Below are positions 20,161 to 29,460 of a stretch of DNA of 64,000 nucleotides, one piece after another. The DNA comes from Candidatus Pacearchaeota archaeon (GTDB lineage: Archaea > Nanobdellota > Nanobdellia > Pacearchaeales > GW2011-AR1), in assembly GCA_018303855.1 (NCBI GenBank), contig JAGVXI010000013.1:34735-98734 (forward strand). The letters run 5' to 3'. The stretch's first letter is position 1, and each line of letters starts with the position of its first letter. The notes under the pieces were generated by a model that saw nothing but the letters and a program-made list of their open reading frames with translations, was not told the DNA's origin and did no database searches. A program made the position numbers and the translations under genes.

Positions 20161-20394
20161 ATGAAGTATAAAGGTGATAGGCATGGAAATTTAATTGAGG
20201 TCTTACCAAAAGGCGTTGAAAAAAGAGTTAGGCTTGGTTGGACTCCGAGTCCAGGGTTATCTCCATTTAAATCTGATGGGGTAGTTTTTGACTATGATAA
20301 AAATGGAATGTTGCTTCCACCATGTCATGAGGACAGAAGCCAAATTCAAGTTCATTACTCGCCTAAGGTCTTTCAAGATAATTTTTTCTTTTAG
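20161..20394 (+). CDS. hypothetical small protein (3-prime end runs into a tandem repeat)
   Basis: ORF only. The stop codon lies inside the 28-bp repeat. Confidence 0.2.
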   Translation: MKYKGDRHGNLIEVLPKGVEKRVRLGWTPSPGLSPFKSDGVVFDYDKNGMLLPPCHEDRSQIQVHYSPKVFQDNFFF

Positions 20395-20469
20395 CTAAAT
20401 TTAAGATAATTTTTTCTTTTAGCTAAATTTAAGATAATTTTTTCTTTTAGCTAAATTTAAGATAATTTT
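20375..20469. repeat. 28-bp perfect tandem repeat, about 3.4 copies (AAGATAATTTTTTCTTTTAGCTAAATTT)
   Basis: Seen directly. It lies upstream of rpiB. Confidence 0.85.
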
Positions 20470-20502
20470 ATATACATTCTACAATTAATAAGTTCATAAA
20501 AA

Positions 20503-20955
20503 ATGGTGCAAACTAAAATTTATACTGCTAGCGACCATGTAGGTTTCAAGTTAAAGGAAAAGCTGAAAAAATATCTTGATAATGAAGGTTATGAAATAAA
20601 AGATTTTGGTTCACATAAATATAACAAGCTAGATGATTATCCTGATTTTGTAATTCCATTAGCAAAAGCTCTTTCTAAAGATAAAACGTTTAAGGGAGTT
20701 ATCTTCGGTAAATCGGGACAAGGAGAAGCAATTACTGCAAATAAAGTTAAAGGCATAAGGGCAGTTGTTTATTATGGTGGAAACCTAAATATAATAAAAC
20801 TTTCACGACAGCATAATGATTCAAATGTTCTTTCTCTTGGAGCTGGTTTTTTATCTTATCAAGAAGCAGTTAAAGCAGTTGATTTGTGGCTAAAAACTCC
20901 TTTTAGCAATGCCCTAAGGCATAAAAGAAGATTGGGGAAGATTGAAGGGAATTAA
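20503..20955 (+). CDS. rpiB: ribose-5-phosphate isomerase B (RpiB/LacAB family)
   Basis: 150 aa, with GSHKYNKLDDYPDF, GVIFGKSGQGEAITANK and SLGAGF matching the family. Confidence 0.75.
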   Translation: MVQTKIYTASDHVGFKLKEKLKKYLDNEGYEIKDFGSHKYNKLDDYPDFVIPLAKALSKDKTFKGVIFGKSGQGEAITANKVKGIRAVVYYGGNLNIIKLSRQHNDSNVLSLGAGFLSYQEAVKAVDLWLKTPFSNALRHKRRLGKIEGN

Positions 20956-21002
20956 ATACATATAATAATGCAAACATTTAAATAATATACATATGTATAC
21001 AA

Positions 21003-21245
21003 TTGTATATGGAGACAACAATAAGAGTAAATCCAAGAACTAAAGAAGAACTTGATGCTTTTAGGCAATACAAAAGCGAGAGCTATGATGAATTAGTGAG
21101 AAAACTTATTTATTTAGCTAAATTGGCTGAAAAAGAACCCAAACTTAGCCAAAAGACTATTCTTGAAATAAGGGAAGCAAGAGAAAGAATTAAGAAAGGA
21201 GAATTCTATACAGAAGATGAAGCTAAGAAGATTCTTGGCTTGTAA
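21003..21245 (+). CDS. RelE/ParE-associated antitoxin (same family as 37190-37411)
   Basis: TIRVNPRTKEELDAFRQYKSESYDELVRKLI parallels TIQVSKELLEKLAVMKMHEKESYESIIWDLI of the antitoxin upstream of the intact RelE. Confidence 0.5.
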   Translation: MYMETTIRVNPRTKEELDAFRQYKSESYDELVRKLIYLAKLAEKEPKLSQKTILEIREARERIKKGEFYTEDEAKKILGL

Positions 21246-21248
21246 AAG

Positions 21249-21314
21249 ATGTACGAACTTAAGTTTGATAAGAAAGCCACTGAACTCTTCGGAAACCCAC
21301 CCGCCACATAACAT
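21249..21314 (+). pseudogene. RelE/ParE toxin remnant (21 codons)
   Basis: MYELKFDKKATELFGNPPAT* starts 4 nt after the antitoxin stop. It resembles the N-terminus of the intact toxin MYSVELSRTAEKQFFKL at 37412. Confidence 0.4.
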
Positions 21315-21384
21315 TTACAAATTTATAAATTTTATACCACAATCATGGAAAGATTTATAAACATGTGGAAGTATATATTTCCAT

Positions 21385-21915
21385 ATGGAAATAAAAATAA
21401 CCATTTTAAAATCTTTTTTCGAAGAACCAAATAGAAAATTTAGCATCAGACAACTTTCTAGAATCTTGAAGATTAATCATACTACTATAAGGCAACATCT
21501 TAACAAACTTGTTAAAGAAGGTTTTTTATCATTAAAAAAAGAAGAGATATATTCTTTTTATCAGTTGGTTTTATCTAAAAAAACCTTAAACTTGAAGTTA
21601 TATTATAACCTAGAAAAAATCAGAATTTCTAATCTCGTAGAATATTTAGAAAAAGAGTATGATCTGCCTACTATTATACTATTTGGGAGTTATGCCTCGG
21701 CAATGGACGACATAACTAGTGACGTAGACATCTGCATAATTTCAAACATAAATAAAGAGTTTGTGGCACAAAAATACGAGAAAACACTAGGTAGAAAAGT
21801 AAGTATTCACAAGTTTACTAAAATTTCCTGGGAAAAAGCAAAAAAAACAAATCCTAACTTAATAAACAATATCTGCAACGGTTTGGTTTTATCTGGGGAA
21901 TTGGAGGCATTATGA
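21385..21915 (+). CDS. HTH plus nucleotidyltransferase-domain protein (MNT-like)
   Basis: N-terminal wHTH (IRQLSRILKINHTTIRQHLNKLVKEGFL) followed by ILFGSYASAMDDITSDVDICII. A BRE/TATA at 21347-21362 supports a leaderless start. Confidence 0.55.
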   Translation: MEIKITILKSFFEEPNRKFSIRQLSRILKINHTTIRQHLNKLVKEGFLSLKKEEIYSFYQLVLSKKTLNLKLYYNLEKIRISNLVEYLEKEYDLPTIILFGSYASAMDDITSDVDICIISNINKEFVAQKYEKTLGRKVSIHKFTKISWEKAKKTNPNLINNICNGLVLSGELEAL

Positions 21916-22322
21916 ATTTTGAATACAATTTAAAAGAAGGAAAAGTAAAAATGGTTCTGCCCAATAAATTAAGAGCCATGAGTTTTTTTAAATCTTCTGC
22001 CCAAGCTATTGAGATTGTTAAAAGTATCCCCCTAAATTCTACTTCAGCTAAAACCGTTTTCAGAGAGCTTTATGAAGGATTAAGAGAATATTGCGGAGCA
22101 ATTGGTTATTTAAACGGATATAAGTTTATTGACCATGAATCTATAGGTTTTTTCTTAAGAGATGTCCTTAATGAACCCCAACTTTACAAAAAATTTGATA
22201 GGTACAGAAAATTAAGAAATGGAATAAATTATTATGGGGAGAACATAGACATTGAAACTGTAAAGGAAGCGCTTTTGGAAGTTCCAGTATTAATTAAAGA
22301 ATTGGGAAAGTATAAAATATGA
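21912..22322 (+). CDS. HEPN-domain protein, partner of the upstream NTase
   Basis: It overlaps the NTase gene by 4 nt. Size and helical content fit HEPN. Confidence 0.45.
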   Translation: MNFEYNLKEGKVKMVLPNKLRAMSFFKSSAQAIEIVKSIPLNSTSAKTVFRELYEGLREYCGAIGYLNGYKFIDHESIGFFLRDVLNEPQLYKKFDRYRKLRNGINYYGENIDIETVKEALLEVPVLIKELGKYKI

Positions 22323-22957
22323 AACCCCAAATTATCCCCTCAATCATAGCAAAAAATCAAGCAGAACTTAACAAGCGTTTATCTAAAGTAATAAATCTCT
22401 CGTCGATTATTCAGTTAGATATAATGGATGGAAAATTTGTGAAAAACAAGTCTTTATGGTTTGATTTTAAGCTTCCACACAAACCCAGAAAAACTTACGA
22501 AGCTCATTTAATGGTTAAAGAGCCTTTAATTTGGGTTAATGATAAAAAGAATATAAAACAAGTTAACACAGTTATTTTTCATATAGAATCTATTGGTTAT
22601 CCTGACGAAATAATCAGCTTAATCAAATCAAAACATAAAAAAGTCGGAATAGCATTAAACCCTTCTACACCTGTTAATAAGGTTAAACCTTATTTGTCAA
22701 AGATTAGTCAAATAACTACCTTAGCGGTTAATCCTGGTAAGTATGGCTCAAGGTTTTTACCTTCAGTTTTAAACAAGGTCAAACAACTACGAAAACTTAA
22801 ACCAAATCTGAATATAGAAGTTGACGGCGGTTTAGGAGATAAGCATTTGAAAGAGGCAAAAAAAGCAGGCGCCAACATGTTTATTTCAGGAGGATATTTG
22901 CAGAATACGAAGAATTCAAGGGAAGCTTATGGGAAATTGAAGAGGTTGATTGTTTAA
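22319..22957 (+). CDS. rpe: ribulose-phosphate 3-epimerase
   Basis: IIPSIIAKN, QLDIMDGKFV, HLMV, FHIES, ALNPSTP, VNPGKYGSRF and VDGGL match Rpe conserved blocks. Confidence 0.75.
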   Translation: MKPQIIPSIIAKNQAELNKRLSKVINLSSIIQLDIMDGKFVKNKSLWFDFKLPHKPRKTYEAHLMVKEPLIWVNDKKNIKQVNTVIFHIESIGYPDEIISLIKSKHKKVGIALNPSTPVNKVKPYLSKISQITTLAVNPGKYGSRFLPSVLNKVKQLRKLKPNLNIEVDGGLGDKHLKEAKKAGANMFISGGYLQNTKNSREAYGKLKRLIV

Positions 22958-23098
22958 GTAAATTGTTAACATTTAAAGCAGTAATATCTGCAAAATAGGG
23001 ATTATGACCAAAAGCTGAGGTCTTAACTTATTATAACTAACAATCTACAAAAATTTATAAGTCCAGCTAACTATTTTCTATTATTAAAAGAGGTTCAA

Positions 23099-24973
23099 AT
23101 GACCAATTACTTATCTATCTCACACCTTCAAGACATTGCAAATATCATGCGAAGAGATGTCTTAAAAATGACTACGCAAGCTGAAAGCGGGCATCCCACT
23201 TCTTGTTTAAGCGCAGCAGAAATTATGTCTGTGCTGTTTTTTCATGAAATGTCTTATGATACTAAAAACGCACTTAATCCAGATAATGATGAATTTATCC
23301 TAAGCAAGGGACACGCAGCCCCAATTCTTTATTCTGCTTTGTATAATACAGGTTGTATAAATGATAACCTGCTTGACTTGCGAAAATTAAACAGTTTTCT
23401 TGAAGGGCATCCAATTCCTTCTTCAAAACTAAAATGGATAAAAGTAGCTACAGGAAGTTTAGGGCAAGGGTTAAGTGTTGGTGTTGGTATGGCTTTAGCG
23501 GCTAAACTTCAAAATAGGAAATTTAGAACTTATGTTCTTCTTGGGGATAGTGAAATAGCAGAAGGAGAGATTTATGAAGCACTGCAGTTAGGAGCTTATT
23601 ACAAGCTTAACAATATAATCGCAATTGTTGATATTAATCGCCTTGGGCAAAGGGGCGAGACAATGATTGGACATAATATTGCTTTATATAAAAAAAGATT
23701 TAAGGGCTTTGGCTGGAATATTCTTGTATGTGATGGGCATAACATTAAAAAGTTGTTAAAAGTTTTTTCTAAAGTAAAAAACAGCAAAAAACCCTCTATT
23801 ATTTTGGCTAAAACAATAAAAGGAAAAGGAGTTGGTTTTCTTGAAGACAGGGACAGATGGCATGGTACAGCGCTGACAAAAGAGCAACTGCAAAAAGCAT
23901 TAACTGAAATTCCAAATCCTAAAATGCCTAAGATTATTATTAATAAACCGAAAGTTGTTAATGTTAAAACAATTGATAAAACTGCTAAATCACCTGCTTC
24001 AAAATCAAGCCTAATTAACAAAACAAATTACCAGAAATATCAAGAGATCTCAACACGTGAAGCTTATGGAAATGCTCTTGCAAATTTAGCTCTTAAAGAC
24101 AAAACTATTTTGGCAATTGATGCAGAAGTAAGCAATTCTACAAAATCTGAGAAAGTTAAGTATGTAAAACCACGCCAGTTTGTTGAAGCATTTATAGCAG
24201 AGCAAAACATGGCTTCAATGGCTTTAGGTTTGAGTGTTAAAGGATTTAATGTTTTTGCTTCTTCATTTGCCGCTTTCCTTACAAGGGCTCACGACCAAAT
24301 AAGAATGGCTGCGATTTCAAAAGCAGATATAACTTTTTGTGGAAGCCATTCTGGGGTTAGCATAGGAAAAGACGGTGCAAGCCAAATGGGTTTAGAAGAC
24401 TTGCCAATGTTTAGAGATTTGCCAAATAGCATTGTGCTATACCCCAGCGACGCTGTTTCCTGCAATAAATTAACAAAACTTTGTGCTGGCTTAAATAATA
24501 TTAAGTATCTTAGAACAACAAGAGCAGCAACACCTGTTATTTACAAAAATACTGAACAATTTAAGATTGGGGATTTTAAAATTTTAAAGCAAAGCAAAGA
24601 TGATAAACTTGTTTTAATTGGTGCAGGAATAACTTTATATGAAGCTCTAAGAGCTTATTCAGCTTTAAAAAACCAGCATATTAACTCAGCTGTTGTAGAT
24701 TTATACTGCATAAAGCCTTTTAATGCCAAAAAACTTATTAATTTTGTTAAAAAGCATGGCAATAAAATTGTCATTGCAGAAGACCATTATAAAGAAGGAG
24801 GAATTGGAGAAATGATTGCTGAAGAAATTGAAAATGCTAAAAGTGATATAATGCTTAGTCATTTGGCTGTCCAAGAACTGCCTCATTCAGGCACAAAAGA
24901 CGAGTTGCTTGATAAATACGGAATAGACTGGCAGGGTTATGTTGTAGTTGCAAAGGAGATGGTGAGAAGATGA
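23099..24973 (+). CDS. tkt: transketolase (N- and C-terminal halves fused in one 624-aa protein)
   Basis: SGHPTSCLSAAEIMSVLFF, GSLGQGLSVGVGMA, LLGDSEIAEGEIYEA and a C-terminal pyrimidine-binding/transketolase-C domain. Confidence 0.85.
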   Translation: MTNYLSISHLQDIANIMRRDVLKMTTQAESGHPTSCLSAAEIMSVLFFHEMSYDTKNALNPDNDEFILSKGHAAPILYSALYNTGCINDNLLDLRKLNSFLEGHPIPSSKLKWIKVATGSLGQGLSVGVGMALAAKLQNRKFRTYVLLGDSEIAEGEIYEALQLGAYYKLNNIIAIVDINRLGQRGETMIGHNIALYKKRFKGFGWNILVCDGHNIKKLLKVFSKVKNSKKPSIILAKTIKGKGVGFLEDRDRWHGTALTKEQLQKALTEIPNPKMPKIIINKPKVVNVKTIDKTAKSPASKSSLINKTNYQKYQEISTREAYGNALANLALKDKTILAIDAEVSNSTKSEKVKYVKPRQFVEAFIAEQNMASMALGLSVKGFNVFASSFAAFLTRAHDQIRMAAISKADITFCGSHSGVSIGKDGASQMGLEDLPMFRDLPNSIVLYPSDAVSCNKLTKLCAGLNNIKYLRTTRAATPVIYKNTEQFKIGDFKILKQSKDDKLVLIGAGITLYEALRAYSALKNQHINSAVVDLYCIKPFNAKKLINFVKKHGNKIVIAEDHYKEGGIGEMIAEEIENAKSDIMLSHLAVQELPHSGTKDELLDKYGIDWQGYVVVAKEMVRR

Positions 24974-25404
24974 AAGAGAAAATAAGGTTAGCTACTAAAA
25001 AGGATATGCCAAAAATATTAAATCTTTTTAATAGTGATTCTTCTTTAACAGGAGATAATAATATTCAGTATGAAAAATATCATCTAAATGAATATCTGCA
25101 TAATCCTCTTAACAAACTTATAGTTTTTGAAACTGATGGTAAAATTGTGGGAGCTCATTTATTTGAAATTTGGAAAAGAGCAAAATATGCTTATTTAAAT
25201 ATAGTAATAGTAGATAAAAGGCATAGGGGAAAAGGTATTGGCACTAAATTAATGAAATATGCTGAGAAGTTAGCAAAGAAGAATAATTTAAATCTTATTT
25301 TCTTTTTTACAGAAGTTGTAGATAAACCAATGCATAAGCTTGCTACAAAATTAAATTATAAAAAAGGAAAAAAGTTTTACTTTTTCTCAAAGAAACTAAA
25401 ATGA
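24970..25404 (+). CDS. GNAT family N-acetyltransferase
   Basis: VVDKRHRGKGIGTKLMKYAEKLA is the acetyl-CoA binding motif. Confidence 0.65.
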   Translation: MKEKIRLATKKDMPKILNLFNSDSSLTGDNNIQYEKYHLNEYLHNPLNKLIVFETDGKIVGAHLFEIWKRAKYAYLNIVIVDKRHRGKGIGTKLMKYAEKLAKKNNLNLIFFFTEVVDKPMHKLATKLNYKKGKKFYFFSKKLK

Positions 25405-26066
25405 TCCCATCAAAATTAAAAAAATTAAAAATTGAAAAAGAGCATTTTCGCGTTGCGATTTTTGGCTCTGCGCGAGTTGGCAAAAAAGATGAAAATTATC
25501 GCTTGGTTTTTCAACTTGCAAAACTTTTAGGAAGTGAAGGTATAGACATTGTAACAGGTGGAGGTCCAGGCACAATGGAAGCTGCTAATGCAGGTCATAA
25601 AGTAGGAGATAAATTAAATATCTCTCATTCTTATGGATTGCTTATTAAACTTCCAAAAGAACAAAGAGCAAACGCACATTTAGATGTAAAGAAAGAGTTT
25701 ACAAAATTCTCAGAAAGGCTTCATGAGTTTATGAAACTCTCAAATGCAGTAGTTGTTGCTCCAGGAGGCATAGGCACAACTTTAGAGTTTTTTTATACTC
25801 TTCAGCTTGTTCAGGTTAGGCATGTAAAAGACATTCCAATAATTTTAATTGGCTGGCAATGGAAAAAATTAATTGAATGGTTGAAAGAAAATCCAGTCAA
25901 GCAAGGCTATATCTCCTTGAACGAACTTGATTCTATTTATTATGTAAAAACAGTTGATGATGCTTTTTTGCTTATTAAAAAAGCAAGGGAATTAATAGAG
26001 AATAAAGAAAAAAACATTTTCCCAAGATTAAGGAAATATTGCGGAGAAAGATGCAATTTGAGTTGA
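25401..26066 (+). CDS. LOG family protein (TIGR00730 Rossmann-fold, cytokinin riboside 5-prime-monophosphate phosphoribohydrolase-like)
   Basis: VAIFGSARVGKKD, VTGGGPGTMEAANAGH and VVAPGGIGTTLEF are present. Confidence 0.7.
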   Translation: MIPSKLKKLKIEKEHFRVAIFGSARVGKKDENYRLVFQLAKLLGSEGIDIVTGGGPGTMEAANAGHKVGDKLNISHSYGLLIKLPKEQRANAHLDVKKEFTKFSERLHEFMKLSNAVVVAPGGIGTTLEFFYTLQLVQVRHVKDIPIILIGWQWKKLIEWLKENPVKQGYISLNELDSIYYVKTVDDAFLLIKKARELIENKEKNIFPRLRKYCGERCNLS

Positions 26067-26100
26067 TAATTAAACCTTTTAGCCTTTTTTAAGTGTAATA

Positions 26101-26640
26101 ATGAAAGATGAAAAAAGCAAAGAAAGAATCGCCATTTTTATTGATGGAAGCAACCTTTATCATAGCTTAAAAAATTTAAATGTTAATGAAATAAATTTTG
26201 ATAAATTAGTAAAAAAATTAAAAGGCGATAGACAAATTGTTTCTATATTCTATTATAATGCTCCTTTAGACATTAAATATGACCAAAAGAAATACTGGGA
26301 ACAGCAGAAATTTTTTGATAAGTTGAGAAAATTACCTTTCTTCAAAGTTGTTTTATGTAAAATGAGAAAAATAAGAAAAGATGTAAAAATTGTTGGTTAT
26401 GAAGTTAAAGGTGACGATGTTCATTTAGCTGTTGATTTGTTAAGTGGGGCCTATGAAAATCTTTACGATGTTGCAATCATTGTTTCAGGAGACGAAGATT
26501 TTGTTCCTGTTCTAAAAAGGGTCCAAAAATTGGGTAAGAAGGTAGAAAATGCCTATTTTACATCTAGCTCTTCAAATGCATTAAAGAATTCATCAAATAC
26601 TTCAGTTTGCATTAACCATTTTATTAAAGAAATAATATAA
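26101..26640 (+). CDS. NYN-domain (LabA-like) protein
   Basis: RIAIFIDGSNLYHSLKNL...IVSGDEDFVPVLKRVQKLGKKV. Confidence 0.7.
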   Translation: MKDEKSKERIAIFIDGSNLYHSLKNLNVNEINFDKLVKKLKGDRQIVSIFYYNAPLDIKYDQKKYWEQQKFFDKLRKLPFFKVVLCKMRKIRKDVKIVGYEVKGDDVHLAVDLLSGAYENLYDVAIIVSGDEDFVPVLKRVQKLGKKVENAYFTSSSSNALKNSSNTSVCINHFIKEII

Positions 26641-26644
26641 ACTG

Positions 26645-26673
26645 CCCGGTATTGCCCGAAGACCATACCGGGG
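26645..26673. other. GC-rich hairpin CCCGGTAT-N12-ATACCGGGG immediately 3-prime of the NYN gene
   Basis: Seen directly. It shares its core with the 3307-3337 and 28873-28899 hairpins. Confidence 0.5.
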
Positions 26674-26822
26674 AATATATTGTTATCACCCATTCACACT
26701 TTAAAAATTCTTCGGTTGCTATGGGTTGTGCAATATTCTGCATTAATGTTGCCAACTTAATTTATACAACAACATTTAAAACTCTTTCAAGCTTATTTTT
26801 AACATAAAAAGAGGTATACAGA

Positions 26823-27533
26823 ATGGAACTAATTATAACAAAAAATTCGCAAGAAATGGCACGCAAAGCCACGCGAATTATTGCTAATCTTGTAAAAAAT
26901 AAGCCAAAAGCTGTTTTAGGTTTAGCAACAGGAAGAACAATGATTCCTGTTTATAAAGAGCTTGTAAAAATAGCAAGAAAAGAAAAAATTGATTTTTCAA
27001 AAATCACAACTTTTAATGTTGACGATTATCTTGGCTTAAGTGCAAAAAACCCTGCAAGTCATGCTTATTATATGAATAAGCATTTTTTCAGCAAAGCTAA
27101 TATAAACAAAAAAAACACACATTTGCCAGATAAAAACATAAAAAGCTATGGAAAATTAATAAAAAAAGCAGGAGGCATTGATTTACAGCTTCTCGGTATT
27201 GGAAGAAACGGGCATATAGGTTATAATGAACCAGGGCAAGGTTCGACGCTAAACAGCAAAGACAGAAAAATTAAGCTAACTGAAAATACAAGAAAAGCGA
27301 ATTCAGGTGCTTTTCCTTCTTTAAGTAAAGTTCCAAAATATGCAGTTACACTTGGAATTTCAACAATTTTAAAAGCAAGAGAAATTCTTCTTTTGGCAAA
27401 TGGAAAACATAAGGCAGATGCAATTGCCAAAGCTGTAAAAGGCAAGATTTCAAGCAAAAATCCTGCAAGTTTCTTAAGAAAACACAAAAACTGCTTGTTT
27501 ATTGTTGATAGGGAAGCTGGTGGAAAACTATAA
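26823..27533 (+). CDS. nagB: glucosamine-6-phosphate deaminase (NagB/6-phosphogluconolactonase family)
   Basis: LGLATGRTMIPVYKEL, FNVDDYLGL and GIGRNGHIGYNEPG. Confidence 0.7.
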   Translation: MELIITKNSQEMARKATRIIANLVKNKPKAVLGLATGRTMIPVYKELVKIARKEKIDFSKITTFNVDDYLGLSAKNPASHAYYMNKHFFSKANINKKNTHLPDKNIKSYGKLIKKAGGIDLQLLGIGRNGHIGYNEPGQGSTLNSKDRKIKLTENTRKANSGAFPSLSKVPKYAVTLGISTILKAREILLLANGKHKADAIAKAVKGKISSKNPASFLRKHKNCLFIVDREAGGKL

Positions 27534-27549
27534 CCAATTCCAACAAATC

Positions 27550-28092
27550 TTACATCTTGGAAAAATCTCCGTGTGTTGAACCTTCCTCTTTGAAAATTAT
27601 TTTCATTTCATTGGTTGGAATTTTTACAGAATTTGTTCTTACACCAATATTAAATGCACTCTCTTTATTATCATAAATCTCATTATCTATTAAGGTTTTT
27701 ATCTTATTTTTATGTCCAAAAGGAGGGACAGCTCCTACTTCACACCCTGTTTTTTTCATAACTTCTTCTGGATTTGCCATTCGTATTTTGCCTCTTGGCC
27801 ATCCAATTTCATCTGCTACTTTTTTCATATCTACTTTCTTATTTGCAGGAATATCAACAACTACCCAATCATTATTGCCATTAGTCATTACAATTGCTTT
27901 TATCCCTTGTTTTAATTCAAAACCTCTTGTTCTTGCCGCATCTTTACTTGCGATAACTGGCTCATGCTCAATGTAAACAGGATGTAAATCTAACTTAGAG
28001 AATGTTTCTTTTATTCTTTCTAATTCTTCAAAGCCCATACACACATTTAAAGAATTTAGTTTAAATATTTTTTTATAAGTTATCTTAATCAT
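27550..28092 (-). CDS. YbaK/ProX-type aminoacyl-tRNA deacylase domain protein
   Basis: GCEVGAVPPFG plus surrounding YbaK-like blocks. The true start is probably the internal Met (MGFEELERIKE). Confidence 0.6.
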   Translation of the reverse strand: MIKITYKKIFKLNSLNVCMGFEELERIKETFSKLDLHPVYIEHEPVIASKDAARTRGFELKQGIKAIVMTNGNNDWVVVDIPANKKVDMKKVADEIGWPRGKIRMANPEEVMKKTGCEVGAVPPFGHKNKIKTLIDNEIYDNKESAFNIGVRTNSVKIPTNEMKIIFKEEGSTHGDFSKM

Positions 28093-28136
28093 TTTAAAAG
28101 AGATATCCTTAAATAATTCTATTCCTATTTTATCTC

Positions 28137-28742
28137 ATGGCTAATAAAATAACAGCTCTTGTTATTGCTGCCCACCCGGACGATGAAACAATTTGGATGG
28201 GTGGAACAATCTTAAAACGCAAAGATTGGAATTGGACAATAATATCTCTATGTCGTGCAAGTGATAAAGACAGAGAACCAAAATTCAGGAAAGTTTGTAA
28301 GTATTATAATGCTAAATCTATTATTCTTGATTTAGAAGACGACAAGTTAGAACCAATTGATATAAAAGAGATTGTTAATCTATTAAAATCTAATTTAAAA
28401 GTGTTTGATTATAATTATATATTCACCCATGGAGAAAATGGAGAATACAGGCACATAAGGCATAAAGAAGTTCATCAAGCCGTTAAGCAGATGATTATAG
28501 ACAGGGTTTTGTTATGCAAAAAATTATATTTCTTTAATTATGAAAAAGGGTTAAATGTTCCTTATCCAAATTTAATTGCTCCAAAACCAATATTAAACTC
28601 GGACTTTGTTGTTAATCTTACTGAAGAACAACTTAATTTAAAAAAGATGATTGTTAGAGATATTTATGGTTATCCTAATGAAAAAGGATTTGAGTTAATG
28701 AGCTGTAATAAAATTGAGACGTTTAATGTAGATAAATTTTGA
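28137..28742 (+). CDS. PIG-L/LmbE family N-acetylglucosaminyl deacetylase
   Basis: ALVIAAHPDDETIWMGGTI followed by H..D.D is the LmbE signature. Confidence 0.7.
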   Translation: MANKITALVIAAHPDDETIWMGGTILKRKDWNWTIISLCRASDKDREPKFRKVCKYYNAKSIILDLEDDKLEPIDIKEIVNLLKSNLKVFDYNYIFTHGENGEYRHIRHKEVHQAVKQMIIDRVLLCKKLYFFNYEKGLNVPYPNLIAPKPILNSDFVVNLTEEQLNLKKMIVRDIYGYPNEKGFELMSCNKIETFNVDKF

Positions 28743-28872
28743 AAATGAAAGAAGCGGATTTAACACCATGATTAATTTATATAACTCCTAACCCATTAAA
28801 ATTGATTGTCTATTCACAAAAAGACTTTCCGAAAGTTATTTAAAGATGTGGCTGGTACTATGTTCATATGCT

Positions 28873-28899
28873 CCCCGGTATTGCTTCGGCAAGACCGGG
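28873..28899. other. GC-rich hairpin with UUCG tetraloop (CCCCGGUAUUGC-UUCG-GCAAGACCGGG) just upstream of the NYN gene start
   Basis: Seen directly. About 11 bp stem with one mismatch. Confidence 0.5.
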
Positions 28900-28908
28900 T
28901 TTTATACT

Positions 28909-29460
28909 ATGAAACGAGTTGTTCTATTTATTGATGGAAGTAATTTTTATTATGGGCTTAAATCAATTTACGGAGAAGATAAAGAGCTTCATAATTTTAA
29001 TTTTTTAAAACTTGGAGAAAAGCTTGCAGACAAGAGAGATTTGGTGAGAGTATATTATTATAATGCCCCATTAGATTATAAAAATAATCCTGAAAAATAT
29101 GCCAAACAGCAGAAGTTTTTTGACAAAGTTAAAGCAACAGACAAAGTAAAGCTTATTTTAAGTAGACTCCAAAAAAGAAAAATAAAAGGAACTGACAGAT
29201 ACTACTACGCCATAAAAGGAGACGATATTCACTTGGCTTCTGATATGATTAAAGGAGCATATGAAGGCATGTACGATGTTGCTGTTCTCGTTTCTGGAGA
29301 TGGTGATTTTATTCCAGCAGTTAATATTATTCAAGAAAAGGGCAAGCTCGTAGAAAATGCTTATTTCAAACAAAGTTTATCTTGGCATTTAAAACAGGAA
29401 TGTGACAAATCAATAAAATTAACCAAAGAAATTCTTGACTATTGTTTCGATTTAAAATGA
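28909..29460 (+). CDS. NYN-domain (LabA-like) protein
   Basis: MKRVVLFIDGSNFYYGLKSIY...LVSGDGDFIPAVNIIQEKGKLV. Start moved to the internal ATG at 28909. The track N-terminal extension covers the hairpin. Confidence 0.7.
   Translation: MKRVVLFIDGSNFYYGLKSIYGEDKELHNFNFLKLGEKLADKRDLVRVYYYNAPLDYKNNPEKYAKQQKFFDKVKATDKVKLILSRLQKRKIKGTDRYYYAIKGDDIHLASDMIKGAYEGMYDVAVLVSGDGDFIPAVNIIQEKGKLVENAYFKQSLSWHLKQECDKSIKLTKEILDYCFDLK

Noticed and set aside
20375-20469. Tandem repeat as a possible CRISPR array
   Set aside because: The units are directly adjacent with no spacers, there are only 3.4 copies, and no cas genes are nearby.
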